The notes beneath the pieces are model-generated. The model searched no databases, was not told the origin of the DNA, and saw only the letters and a program-made list of their open reading frames with translations. A DNA stretch of 46,331 nt from Dimorphilus gyrociliatus (Eukaryota > Animalia > Annelida), in NCBI GenBank assembly GCA_904063045.1, contig CAJFCJ010000141.1, positions 25,961 through 72,291 on the forward strand. The letters are read 5' to 3'. Every line of letters begins with the position of its first letter. The stretch's first letter is position 1. This document shows positions 21,231-33,335 of this stretch, piece after piece. Both the position numbers and the translations under genes were made by a program.

Positions 21231-23809
21231 TCATACTTTATGATCCTCCTCAATGGGTACAATCTCACAATTTTCAAAAAAATGTCTGCCTACTTCTGTT
21301 CCAAGTGAATTATTATACAGATGCAATGTGGTAAGGTTGGTTTGTCGTCCAATTGCATCTCCAATAACGCAACCAATGTTTGATTCTAGTTCACAAGAAG
21401 CAAGACTGATTGCACTTAAATCTGAGCAATTCAACTTAATATTTTCAAAGATACTCTTTCCAACTTCTGATCCCAATTTATTACCTTCAAGATTCAACCA
21501 TTTAAGTCCTTTTTGTTTTCCAATTGCATCTCCAATGACAAAACCAATGTTTGATTCTAGTTCACAAAAAGAAAGATTAATTAAAGTTAATTGTGTGCAA
21601 TTCAACTTAATATTTTCAAAAATACTCATCGCAACTACTGATCCCAATATATTATTATAAAGGTACAATCTTGTAAGTTTCTTTTGTTTCCCAACTGCAT
21701 CTCCTATACCACAACCAATATTTGGTGCAAACTCACATGAAACAAAACAAATTGTTGTTAATTCTGTGCAATTCAACTTTATATTTTCAAAAATATGTCT
21801 GCCCACTTCTGTTCCAAGTTGATTATTTTGAAGATACAATGTAGTGAGTTTAGTTTGTTTTCCAATTGCCTCTCCTATAACGCAACCAATATCTGAATTA
21901 AATCCACAATTACCAAGCTCCAACTGTGTCAATTTTATACAAGAATTTTTGATATTTTCAAAAATACTTTTCCCAGCTTCATATCCAAACTGATTATCAT
22001 TCAGATTCAGGTAGATAAGTTCTTTAAGCTTCCCAATAGCTTTTCCTATAATGCTACCAATGTTTGGCTCAAATGCACAATTGGCTAAAGACAAAATAGT
22101 TAATTGTCTGCAATTCTTTTCAATATTTTCAAAAATAAGTTTTCCAACTTCTGAGCCAAAATGGTTGTGACCTAGATATAACTTAGACAACCTTTCTTGC
22201 TCTCCAATTGCTTCACCAACAACTGAACCTACATTTGAGTCAAAACCACAATTCTCAAAATCAATTCCAAAAAATTGTCTACAATTTGCTTTAATATTTT
22301 CAAAAATATTTTTTCCAATGTCTGATCCAAGTAAATTACCTTGAAGTGTCAATATTTTGAGTCCTTTGAGTTTACCTATTGCTTCAGCAATAGTACATCC
22401 AATATTTGAATCAAATCTACAGTTGTTTAGATATATTTCTGATAATCTGGTGCAATTTGTTTTGATATTTTCAAATAAATTTTTTCCCACTTCGGTCCCA
22501 AGTGGATTGTCTGAAAGATTCAGTTGAGAGAGCTGTTTTTGCTTTCCAATTGCTTCAACAATAGCTTCACCAATATTTGATTCAAGATCACATTTTATTA
22601 GATTTATTTTAATTAATTTGCTTACAATTATCTTTAATGTTTTCAAATATATTTCTTCCAACTACAGATCCCACTGCATTGTTTCCAATGTCAAGGACAC
22701 TTAATTGTTTTTGCTTGCCTATTGCTTCACCAATAGCGGGTCCAATATTTGAATCAAATCCACAGTTGTTTAGATATATTTCTGATAATCTTGTGCAATT
22801 TGCTTTAAGATTTTCAATTAAATTTTTTCCCACTTCTGTTCCAAGTGGATTGTTTGACAGATCCAGTGCAGTGAGATGTTTTTGCTTGCCTATTGCTTCA
22901 CCAATTACCAGGCCAATTTGTGATTCTATTCCACAGTTATTTAAGCAAATACTTGATAATTTTGTGCAATTTCTTTTAATGTTTTCAAAGATTCCAATGC
23001 CAACTTCTGTTCCAATTGGATTTTTTGTCAAAGATATTCCAGTAAGCTCTGTTTGCTTACCAATTACTTCACCAACTATTGGACCAATTTCTGATTGTAA
23101 TCCACAATTATTCAGACAAATTGTTGACAAATGTGTACAGTTAAATTTAATATTTTCAAAAATATGCTTTCCAACTATAGTTCCAAATTTATTATCTTGC
23201 AGAAAAAGTTCTGTTAGTTGAGTTTGTTTACCTATTGCTTCCCCAACTATTGGACCAATTGCAGAATCAAATCCACAGTTGTCAAAAGCAATTTTGCTCA
23301 ATTTTGTGCAGTTAAATTTAATATTTTCAAAAATATACTTTCCGACTATAGTTCCAATTTCATTATGTTGCAAATACAGGAGTGATAGTTGAGTTTGTTT
23401 ACCTATTGCTTCACCAACAATTGAGCCAATTTCAGACCCAAATCCACAGTTGTCAAAAGCAATCTGGATTAATTTTGTGCAAGTTCCTTTAATATTTTCA
23501 AATATATTTTTTCCTACTTCAGTTCCCAGAGGATTATTTGAGAGTTGTAACACAGTAAGGTCACTTAGCTTTCCAATTGCTTTACCAGCAGTATTACCAA
23601 TATCTGATCCCAACCCACAGTTAGATAGGTCAATGCATGCTAATTTTGTGCAAGTTCCTTTAATATTTTCAAATATATTTTTTCCTACTTCAGTTCCCAG
23701 AGGATTATTTGAGAGTTGTAACACAGTAAGGTCACTTAGCTTTCCAATTGCTTTACCAGCAGTATTACCAATATCTGATCCCAACCCACAGTTAGATAGG
23801 TCAATGCAT
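21231..23809 (-). CDS. Ribonuclease-inhibitor-type LRR array (about 15 units of 57 aa, about 30 LRRs); 5' end cut by an LTR; one +1 frameshift near 22620
   Basis: Alternating LxxLxLxxNxLG and LxxIxLxxCG(F/L) repeats in ORFs 22609-23784 and 21231-22661. An extra A in CAAATTAATT shifts the frame. No NACHT or other N-terminal domain is visible. Confidence 0.85.
23470..23809. repeat. Perfect tandem duplication of one 171-bp (57-aa) LRR unit
   Basis: 23470-23640 is repeated at 23641-23809, with the second copy truncated by 2 nt at the LTR. Confidence 0.95.
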
Positions 23810-24444
23810 TGTACAACTTTGGTTATATTTTACATGCTTGAACTCTATTATTTTATGCAACATATACATGTACATCTTAAAACCTACGCAAGAAAATGCT
23901 ATAACATTGGCCAAACATAAGTCTGATTAGTCAGCTTGAAGGCTCATCTTTAATTACCAATAAAGGTTTGGCCAAGTTATAATTTAATTAACTTGCCTAA
24001 AGTGTGGCCAAGTTATAATTCAATTAACCTTCCTAAATGTTGAACCTTGTAACATCCTGTTACTAAAGATAAATATGAACTACACATTTCGGCAACTGTA
24101 AAGTGATGATTGGATGTCAGAGACAAACCTCAAAGTATATAAATCCTCATTATTCTCATTTGGCATGCAGCTTCCATCTGGACCCAAGGACCTGGGAAAG
24201 TCATCTGGAAACAACCTCCACTGGAACCATCCATCTACTCCTCAACATTAGAAGACAGTTTGGTAATTTGGCAACCTGCTTTTACAAACTATCTACTCTG
24301 CTATCGAACTCTCATATCATTACTTGCTTAAGTATTATTATTGCGAATAAACCGTTTTAATTTAAACATTTGTTTAAAGGTTCGAGTAGAACCAGTATTG
24401 TTATAACTTGCAAACGCATAGATTTTGCCAGCAAGAGCAGTACA
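23810..24444 (+). repeat. 5' LTR (635 bp, TGTAC...GTACA)
   Basis: Terminal inverted repeats, TATATAAA at 24136-24143, AATAAA at 24346-24351, a duplicated TGGCCAAGTTATAATT motif in U3; matches 30244-30873 and 42395-43029. Confidence 0.95.
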
Positions 24445-24448
24445 AATT

Positions 24449-24466
24449 TGGTGCAGTCGACAGGAT
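24449..24466 (+). promoter_or_regulatory. Primer-binding site, tRNA-Ser-like
   Basis: TGGTGCAGTCGACAGGAT lies 4 nt after the LTR. The related copy at 33353 reads TGGCGCAGTCGACAGGAT, resembling the complement of eukaryotic tRNA-Ser 3' ends. Confidence 0.75.
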
Positions 24467-24504
24467 ATTCTTTTGGTTTATTCAAAAGTTTTGAGAAAGT
24501 AAAT

Positions 24505-27500
24505 ATGGCAGAAGGAGGAAATGGAAACGCCACTGGGGCAGTTACAGACTCTAACCCTTCAACCCCAGCAACTCCAACAATTACAATTCAGCCAGCAGGA
24601 ATGTCAGAAAGGCAACAAAGACTAATTGAAGACTATGATAGATTGGTGAGTGAAATGAAAAGAAATCGAATCACAATTCCAACAGATCATGGAGATGGAA
24701 CACATCACCCAGCACAGAACCCAAATGTTGATATCACAACAGTAATTCAAGCATTAAGGGCTGCTTGGGACCGCCCTCAAAGAACTATTCTCAAGTTGTA
24801 TGATGGAAGCAAGGAGTGTTCAAAATTCAAAGAAGACTTTAATCAGGCATGTTATGCTTATGGTTGGATAGGAGAAGATGTTGTGAAAGCAAATCTTTTA
24901 GATTATTTAACTGGTCCTGCAAAGGATTTGGTGTTGGCTCTGGATGGAGAGCCTACTGTGGAGGAAATATGGAAAGCCCTCCATGACGAATTTGATCTAG
25001 ATCCTTTGAAGTATCAGGAGAAATTGCTTAACTTAAAGCAAATGAATGGCGAAAGTGTGGTTCAGTTTGTTAATAGAGCAAAGAAATTGATAAAGAGGTT
25101 TTCTCCACCTAGACCAATGGAACCACAATTGCTTGCAACTATGAAAGAAATAAAACTGATGGAAGTTTTACAAAGAGGATTACAACAGGATATTCTACAT
25201 TTAGTGTACACCTTACATCCTAAATGTCAAACATTGGCAGAACTATATGAGGCTGCTAAGCAAGCAGAAACTTCATTAAAACTAACTCAAAGAAAACCGA
25301 TCACAATGGTGTCAAAATTGGAAACTCAACAAAGAAAAGAGACCAAAAAGACCCAGGTAATCAGAAAAGATGCTTCTACAGAAACCCCAAATTTTTGGAA
25401 TAGAAAGCATGTACCTGACAACAAAAATGCTACTAAAGAAAAGTTTTCAAGCCAAAAAGTCCAAAAGTATGCACCAACTACAACAAATAGGTATTATAAG
25501 AAAAATCAACCAGCAAAGACAATACTGAAAGAGGAACCTAAGCTACAAAAATTAGAAACATTAGACAATGAAAGCATGTCAGAAAACGACGAAGTTCAAG
25601 ATATTCTCTGTTTTTCAGATAGTGACGAATCCACTTGTCAGCTGTTACAAAGCAAACAATCTGAGCGAAATGCTTCAACATTTATTGGACAATTTGAAAC
25701 TAATACTGGTTTTAAGTTTGATGCCTTGATAGACTCTGGTAGTGACAGATCTTTCATTTCAAAAAAGGTATTAAGACAAGTTCAAGGAAAAGCATCCTTC
25801 CCAGAACAAACTGTGAAAAATGCTAGAGATGCTTCAGGAAATAGCATCGAGATATGTGGAGAAATCATTCTCAGACTTTATTTTAATGGAAAGATTATTA
25901 AACAACGCTTTCTGATCAACAAAATCATTACACAACAATGTATTATTGAGTGTGACTTTCTACAACAAAATGGAGCTACCCTTGACTTTGGCAAGAGACA
26001 GATTATACTCCAGCCAGGTACAGAAAAGAATTACCCTGTTGGAACACAACACTTATCTTTCAAAGGATTTTACCCAGTTCCTCTTATTACGAAAAAGAAC
26101 AAGAGTCAAATACATACCCTTCAGACAACAATTGAACAAGAAAATCCCGAGATGAAGAACAAAGTTACCCAAATTCTGGCAAAATATAAAGAAACTATTG
26201 CAGAAGACAGATTTGATATTGGCAATCCAGAGGTACCACCCTTGGAAATAACTCTTGAACCAGGTTCAACACCATATAGACAAAGGCCATATAGAATGCC
26301 TCCTCAAAAACAAGAAGAATGTAAGCAACAGATAGCTGAATTGGTAAAAAGCAAAGTTATTCAACCAAGCAAGAGCAATTGGGCTTCACCAATTGTTTTC
26401 GTAAGAAAGAAGGAAGGTAGTCTACAAATGTGTGTAGATTATAGAAAACTAAACAAAATGACAGTTAAAAACAAGTATCCACTGCCAAATCAAGATGATC
26501 TTTTTGACCATTTGGGAGGAGGAAATAAATTCTTTTCTACAATGGATTTGACAAGTGCATACCACCACATTAACATCAAGAAAGAAGATAGGTCTAAAAC
26601 AGCATTTATTACACCTTTTGGCTTGTTTGAATTTATTAAGATGCCTTTTGGATTAACCAATGCCCCTCCTCATTTTAGTTATGTAATGAATTCATTTGTG
26701 CTAAAGGATGTAAAGCATTTGTGCCTAAACTACCTTGATGACATAATAATATTTACCAAGTCGCTGGACCAACATTGGGAAGCATTGGAGACCATTCTTC
26801 AACAGATTCAAAAGTACAATTTTAAGATTAAACTAAGTAAATGTGTGTTTTTGAAAGAACAAGTTCAATTCTTGGGACACATTGTATCAGAAAAGGGGAT
26901 TGAAACAGATAAGTCCAAGACAGATAAATTATATAATTTACAGCCACCAGTGTTTGCAAATTCACTACTAAGCTTTGTTGCATTTTGTGGCTATTACAGA
27001 AAATTTATACAAGATTTTGCAAGAGTAGCTAAACCTCTGTATATGTTAATGAAACTACATGGGAAAAAGGATAAATTGCAATGGACTGAGGAAGCCAAGC
27101 AATCATTTTTCAAGTTGAGAGATGCAGTAGTTAACCCTCCTGTATTACAACTACCTGATTTTGCTAAAGATTTTCACTTAACAACAGATGCATTGAATGT
27201 AGCTGTAGGAGGAGTTCTTGAACAAGTTTATGTAGATGAGAATGGGAAGAAAACAATGAAACCCATTGCCTACGCTTCAAAACAATTCAACAATAATCAA
27301 ATGAAATATGCAGCCTATCAAAAGGAAGCATTTGGGGTTTACTGGGTTGTAAAGAAATTTTTACATTACCTTCAAGACAAGCCATTCTTTTTATATACTG
27401 ACCATCAGAGTCTAGTACAAACATTTAAGCAAAACAAATTGAATGTCAGCACAGCAAAATGGGTCATGGCTTTAATGGATTTAAAATTTACAATTAACTA

Positions 27501-29399
27501 TGTGACAGGACGAAAAAATAGAGCAGATGCATTAACAAGATTAGAAGAATATACACCCCCAAGGAAAGTAACATTTGAAGAGCTAATTCATGGAAAGATC
27601 AAAAAGGAGAATTCTCCCTCTATTTCAGTTAAAATGGAACAGTATGAACATACACCAGAGTTAACTTTTGTAGCTACCAGTGATAACAGTGAAGAGAAAA
27701 TTGATTTGTCTTCTGTTGACTTACAGTCAGAGCAAGAAAAAGATGTGAATTTAAAATCAATTAAAGAATATTTAACACTGGATGGTCAGCTACCTATTCC
27801 TTATTTTGGAACTTTTACACCTTTCATAATGGAGATGTTTGTTCACAAGGAAATGATCTGGATTATCCTTGAAGAAAGAAACATTCTGGTTTTACCTGAC
27901 CATTTGATGCTAACTCTGCTCCCTAAATTCCATAAAAATAAAATTCACAATCACCATGGACCCAGAATGACATTACAAATAATTACAAAGACCTTTTGGC
28001 ACCCAAAATTAAAGATTATGATTGAGAATTCAATAAAGGATTGCACTTTGTGTGAACAAATGAATGGTAGGAGTAGAGTATACCCTTTGGTAGAAACCTT
28101 TCACCCTGCATCACCAATGGAGTTGGTGGCCATGGATATAATGGGACCCTTACCCATGGTTAAGTCATACAGATTCATACTTGTGATAGTGGATCATTTC
28201 AGTAGATACACAGTTTTATATGCACTCAAACAGCAAACCAGTAAAGAAATTGCAAACCTTCTTTCAACAGATTTTTTCCCATTTTTGGAATTCCAAAACA
28301 AATGTTGACAGATCAAGGAAGAAACTTTGTTGGTAAAGCTTTTAAAGAGTTTATGAAGGTATTAGGTATTGAGAAAATCCAAACAACAGCTTATAGAAGC
28401 TAGAGCAATGGACTAGTTGAACGAAGAAATAGAGAAGTGAGGAAGGAAATCAATAAATTAGTGGTGGAAGAAAATCAGCATAACTGGGTTGCAAACCTAC
28501 CCTTGATTCAAGCATTTTTGAATCAATACACTCACGTTAGGAAGTACAAGACTACCACCCCAGGAACTTCTTTTGGCACCACCAAGAACACTGATTGATG
28601 TGTAACAATGCATACTACCTCTCCTGAAACAAATGTACTATTTGTATTCAATCACCAGCAGCAATTAGTACAGTTAAGAGCTACAGCCTTCTGTAAATCC
28701 ATCATGGCAAAAGAACAATATAGGAAAGAAAGAATAGAAATCTCAATCTTCCAAAATATTTTGAGGTTGATGATGAAGTATTCTTAAGAAATGATGCTGC
28801 AAGAATTGCAATAACAAAAATCCCTTCTTTAAAATGGTTAGGCCCATACCGAATAACAAAAGTCAATCATCAAAAGTGGATATATGAAATACAAATGGAT
28901 GATAATACATGCAAGTTGGTACATGGTAGCAGATTAAGACTAGCCAATGAATCTAATAAGTTGGAAACAGGGAAAGAAGCAACAACAATCTTTCACCTTG
29001 TGGAGAAGGAAATAACACACCTCCAATATCTTTCTCAGGTAGAAGGAAGAAATGACTTCCAATTCCGTTTGAAGAATCAAAAAGGCCAAGAAGTCATTGC
29101 CTTGTGTGACACAGGAGCATTGAGATCCTTTATTACTGAAAAAGAAATCAAGTTAATGATGTTACAATTATGGATAAAAGAAACAATTGGCCTTACCAAT
29201 ATATAACTTCAGCTGATGGGAAAGCTTTAAACGCAAAAAGCCATAAAGCTGAATATCCAATTTGCTGGAGAAAGTATGGCAACAAGAATTATAGTTATGA
29301 AAATCTAGACATAGCAATAATACTTGGTTGTGATTTCCTACAAACTGTGGGAGCAAACCTCTCAATTTTGAACGACCTAAACAGTGTTCTCTCAAATTT
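24505..29399 (+). CDS. gag-pol polyprotein (capsid, protease DSG, RT, RNase H, integrase, second protease); frameshifts and a stop after ~28275
   Basis: Likely start MAEGGNG at 24505. Retrotransposon gag (LKQMNGESVVQF); ALIDSGSDRSFI; YRKLN and YLDDII; TTDAL..GGVL, TDHQSL, RADAL; HHCC, MDIMGP, LTDQG, NGLVERRN (DD35E); KWLGPY and an SH3-like tail. Open to 28308, then a homopolymer frameshift and TAG at ~28401. Confidence 0.9.
29041..29399 (+). CDS. Second retropepsin-like aspartic protease domain, C-terminal to integrase
   Basis: EVIALCDTGALRSFI is in frame with KWLGPY...VHGSRLRL; SADGKAL and IAIILGCDFLQ follow after indels. The C-terminal half also occurs at 46119-46331 (-). Confidence 0.8.
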
Positions 29400-29403
29400 N
29401 NNN
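29400..29403. other. Assembly gap (4 N), standing for about 2.24 kb if colinear with the right-hand element copy
   Basis: The left flank CTCAAATTT maps to 46119-46127 (rc) and the right flank GGGAGAA maps to 43871-43877 (rc). Confidence 0.85.
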
Positions 29404-30212
29404 GGGAGAATTAGCTATAATTAAACAATGTTCACCAATAGCCTCAACAGAAGTAGTTTGTGACTTAAGCATGATAAAAAAGAATAACAAATGTTCTCAA
29501 TTTTTACTTGTCACCATGAACAACCTGCTTTTCCAAGTAGAACCAGTTACTCATGTTTTACAGCAAGTCAATCCTGAAGAGATTACCTATAATGAGTGTA
29601 AGTCTAACAAGTTATTCTACAAAACAACTCACAACCCATTAAATCCTATAAGAAACCAACCAATGAAAGACAAAACGTATGTGTATTATTCAGAAAGAGG
29701 ATGCAGATTTCACACTGTGTCTGCAAAATCCATGCAGTTACATATCACAATCACCTTTCTGAACCAAAAATTGAAATTGCCAGATTAGCTGATCTACTCC
29801 ACCATGGGGTAAAGAAGGATATTGCATACAGCACTCAAAAATTAAGCAAGTTATCAGTTCACTGGAACAGAAGCAGGCAAGGTATGATAACATGGTCACT
29901 GTTGCAGAGAAAAATGGCATTGTACCCAATTTATCTGGAATTAAAAGTTTTTCCATAGTTGGTACTATAAACTGGGAAAACACTTTATGTTATCATACGA
30001 AATATTTGTTTGAGTATTGTAGTGTCAATGGTATGTATCATCATTTTCAACTATATTATTGGAAGAAGAAAACAAGAGAAGAAATTGCTACCCCAAGTGA
30101 GAGCACAGATAACTTCCTGAAAACCCAAAACTAATGAAAAAGTTGTAGCTTTAGTCAACATCAAACTAATGAAGAAGAACAACCACCTGTAATTCTCATT
30201 AAATCAAGATGA
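29404..30212 (+). pseudogene. Frameshifted mirror copy of the 3' third of env
   Basis: GELAIIKQCS...IKSR with several single-base indels relative to 43061-43877. Confidence 0.9.
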
Positions 30213-30228
30213 AGGGACTCATCTTCAC

Positions 30229-30242
30229 AAAGAAGGGGGAAG
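30229..30242 (+). promoter_or_regulatory. Polypurine tract
   Basis: AAAGAAGGGGGAAG immediately before the 3' LTR; mirror at 43031-43044 (-). Confidence 0.85.
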
Positions 30243-30243
30243 T

Positions 30244-30873
30244 TGTACAACTTTGGTTATATTTTACATGCTTGAACTCTATTATTTTATGCAACATATA
30301 CATGTACATCTTAAACCTACGCAAGAAAATGCTATAACATTGGCCAAACATAAGTCTGATTAGTCAGCTTGAAGGTTCATCTTTAATTACAATAAAGGTT
30401 TGGCCAAGTTATAATTTAATTAACTTGCCTAGGGTGTGGCCAAGTTATAATTCAATTAACCTTCCTAAATGTTGAACCTTGTAACATCCTGTTACTAAAG
30501 ATAAATATGAACTACACATTTCGGCAACTGTAAAGTGATGATTGGATGTCAGAGACAAACCTCAAAGTATATAAATCCTCATTATTCTCATTTGGCATGC
30601 AGCTTCCATCTGGACCCAAGGACCTGGGAAAATCATCTGGAAACAACCTCCACTGGAACCATCCATCTACTCCTCAACATTGGAAGACAGTTTGGTAATT
30701 TGGCAACCTGCTATTACAAACTATCTACTCTGCTATTGAACTCTCATATTGTTACTTGCTTAAGTATTATTATTGCGAATAAACCGTTTTAATTTAAACA
30801 TTTGTTTAAAGGTTCGAGTAGAACCAGTATTGTTATAACTTGAAACGCATAGATTTTGCAGCAGAGCAGTACA
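30244..30873 (+). repeat. 3' LTR, left-arm copy (630 bp)
   Basis: TGTAC...GTACA; same substitution pattern as 42395-43029. Confidence 0.95.
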
Positions 30874-31172
30874 ATAGAATGGTAATTTTATTGCGTAACA
30901 ATAAGCATAAGTGAAGACTGAATAAAATTTACAATAAGCCAAAAATCCAATATTTCAAAGACATTTAAGAATTTAATATGAAGAGTTTGAAATTTATCCA
31001 GAAACCTGGTAAAATACAAAATACGTTTTTGGAAAAAGAGGGATGAAATGCTCAGGATGAAATGTCCAATTCCTTATGAAACTATTTTTGAAAAAACCAT
31101 ATTATTTATAACATCCACTTCTATTGGAGATTTTCATGTGGTTCACTCTAATTACGAAGCCTGAATAAACAA

Positions 31173-31822
31173 CTGAAAACATTATTAGAATTATTCTTAT
31201 TGGTCATCTGCTATCTGCGATCTTTAGTTTTGATTTGGAATCAACGTTTTGTAATAGACAGTGTTCAGCAAGTTTTGTCTTAGAAGAAGAAACTGTTCAT
31301 AAGCGTTAGAAGTGCGGAAGATTGCATAAAACTAATAACAAAAAGCGCGAGTGGTCAAATTGACATTTCTGGAGAGCAAACTGAGCAGTTTGCATGGTTT
31401 TAATGAAATGGATAGAAAATAATTTGTTATGTTTCACACCTGTCCTTCAGAAATGACACAAGTTAATTCGTATTTCTGATATATTAAATGATAAGTCATT
31501 GAAGTGATGACTCAGATATATTACTCTCATTTCAGGAATCTGAAATAGATGTTAATACAGAGTCATTTCTAAGCATTTTTTTGAACATGCAGAAGTTTAA
31601 ATACCCACCATCCTCACCATGGTCTCTGACGAAAAAATTTTAGTACACGGAAACATCGATGATTGGATATTGACTTCTGGAGAACCTTGTCTACAACTAG
31701 TAAACCTTCGACAAAGCCATTTGCCCTTCATCAGACTCATTCGATTGCAGATGTGCCACTGAAAACCAACTTTCTTGGGAAATTATGATTGTTACAATGG
31801 TTATACCTCAAGAGGGACTTGA
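31173..31822 (+). pseudogene. Indel-broken mirror copy of the 221-aa ORF at 41420-42085
   Basis: Reverse complement of 41420-42085 with the ATG lost and several frameshifts. Confidence 0.8.
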
Positions 31823-33335
31823 TCTTCATTAATATAAAGGAAGGAGGGAAGGGTCAGGTTATATTAGTGAGTCAAACATTATAAATATTAGGCTTCTTTC
31901 AATATAATGGTTTATTCATTAAGTTTATGGTGGAATTTTCTACTTCTAAATTTAATTTCCATAACCAAGAAGATTTGTAAACCATATTTTTTGTGACTGC
32001 TGAATTTGAAAAAAAAATGATGATGAAAATAAACATCAATGATTTTAAATGCACTTTTGTTTTATTAGAGATTGATAAACCTCAACACTTTTGGATGGAA
32101 AATCTTAATCTAATTTAAAAAAAAAAAGATTCTCCTAGCTCTATACACTAAACTTGTTTTTGCCCTTTAGGGGATAATTCATTTTGATCATACTAGAAAA
32201 ACAATATGGAACAAAATGCTTTATTTAAAGCTTCCAGTGAATAAGTATAATTAAAAGTTCACTTTTTCACATCTCTTTCTAGAAATGACTCTAAACAAAT
32301 GGAACACTCCAGTATTTTGTCATTATACAGACATTTCTTGTATTTTTTAAAATGTTCCAAAATTTACTGCAGAAGGTTGAGAGGTGAGGTGAATTCAATG
32401 TGTTGTCTACAAGAAAGGTTACAATCCAGCTGTAATCACAAACTCAAGCCATTCAAAATTGTGCTTTTGGTTGTGTTTTGTTTAGCATTTAGTTGGATAT
32501 TAGCCATTGGAACACCTGATTCCAAGAGATGTCTGGTTTCTCTCTCATTGTCAAAGATTAGGGACAAAAAAGGAGAAATAGCATAATCCACTTTTGGATT
32601 CAGGTTAGGATCAAAATGCAAAATAGGGGACCATCATCCACAGTATAAAGTCAGAATAAATAACAAAGCTTATATTTAGAAAGATGTCTGACTAAGTTTC
32701 AATTAGATAATCCAAACCCAATTTCAAGATAAACTTTAACCCCAAAGTTTTCTAAGCATGAATGTCTCTGTTGACCCAGAGATTTATACAATAAATATTT
32801 ATCATTAGACAGATTAATTCTTTAGGCTCTTATCTTAACAATATATTATCAAATACAAAATGCATATGTGCCTATCTCTTACCTTGCTAGATATCTGAAA
32901 AAAAGATTTAGCGAGTCATATTTAATAGCTGAAGAAGATGTGGAATGTCCCTAATTAATAAATGGGATCAATTTTTATTTAGAATTTTTCATCTTATAAA
33001 GGTGAAACAAAAACAAAGTTAATGATGTCAACTTCCAATCTTCATGGTAAAGATAATGACTTGTCTCAATTGATACAATATCACTTGTTGCAGTTTTAAC
33101 AACCTCCTCTACTCATACTCTCATAGCCGGAGCAAACTTGTAATCTGTGCTTACCTAACCTTTGTTGATTATTTACCATAATAAAAATGGCACATTGCTT
33201 AATATACAGTACAGGTAATCTATTTTTGAACGCCCAGCTTTTTTCCATATTAGTTAAAATATTTTAACGAAAATTTATGTCAAGAATCAAAGTAGGATAA
33301 CAATTTTAAAAGGGCATAAAAGTGGATAAAAGTTT

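Larger units (their letters stand above)
23810..30873 (+). mobile_element. Ty3/Gypsy (Metaviridae-like) env-bearing LTR retrotransposon as scaffolded across the N gap
   Basis: Order LTR-PBS-gag-PR-RT-RH-IN-PR2-(gap)-env 3' part-PPT-LTR. The two halves may come from different insertions (no TSD, divergent LTRs). Confidence 0.9.

Noticed and set aside
23470-23809. CRISPR-like direct repeats
   Set aside because: A spacer-less coding tandem duplication in a eukaryotic gene; no CRISPR array is seen anywhere in the window.
21253-23920. Long plus-strand ORFs (21253-21660, 22637-23221, 23450-23920)
   Set aside because: Antisense shadows of the repetitive LRR coding strand; no independent motif.
24103-24360. 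85-aa ORF MMIGCQRQ... present in all three LTR copies
   Set aside because: Lies inside the LTR and recurs only because the LTR is repeated; no recognisable domain.
24370-24504. ORF-track start of gag-pol at 24370
   Set aside because: Starts inside the LTR and crosses the PBS; the first ATG after the PBS (24505) is the plausible start.
32299-32621. 95-aa and 61-aa ORFs (mirrors 40586-40937)
   Set aside because: No recognisable domain, and the frames differ between the two arms.
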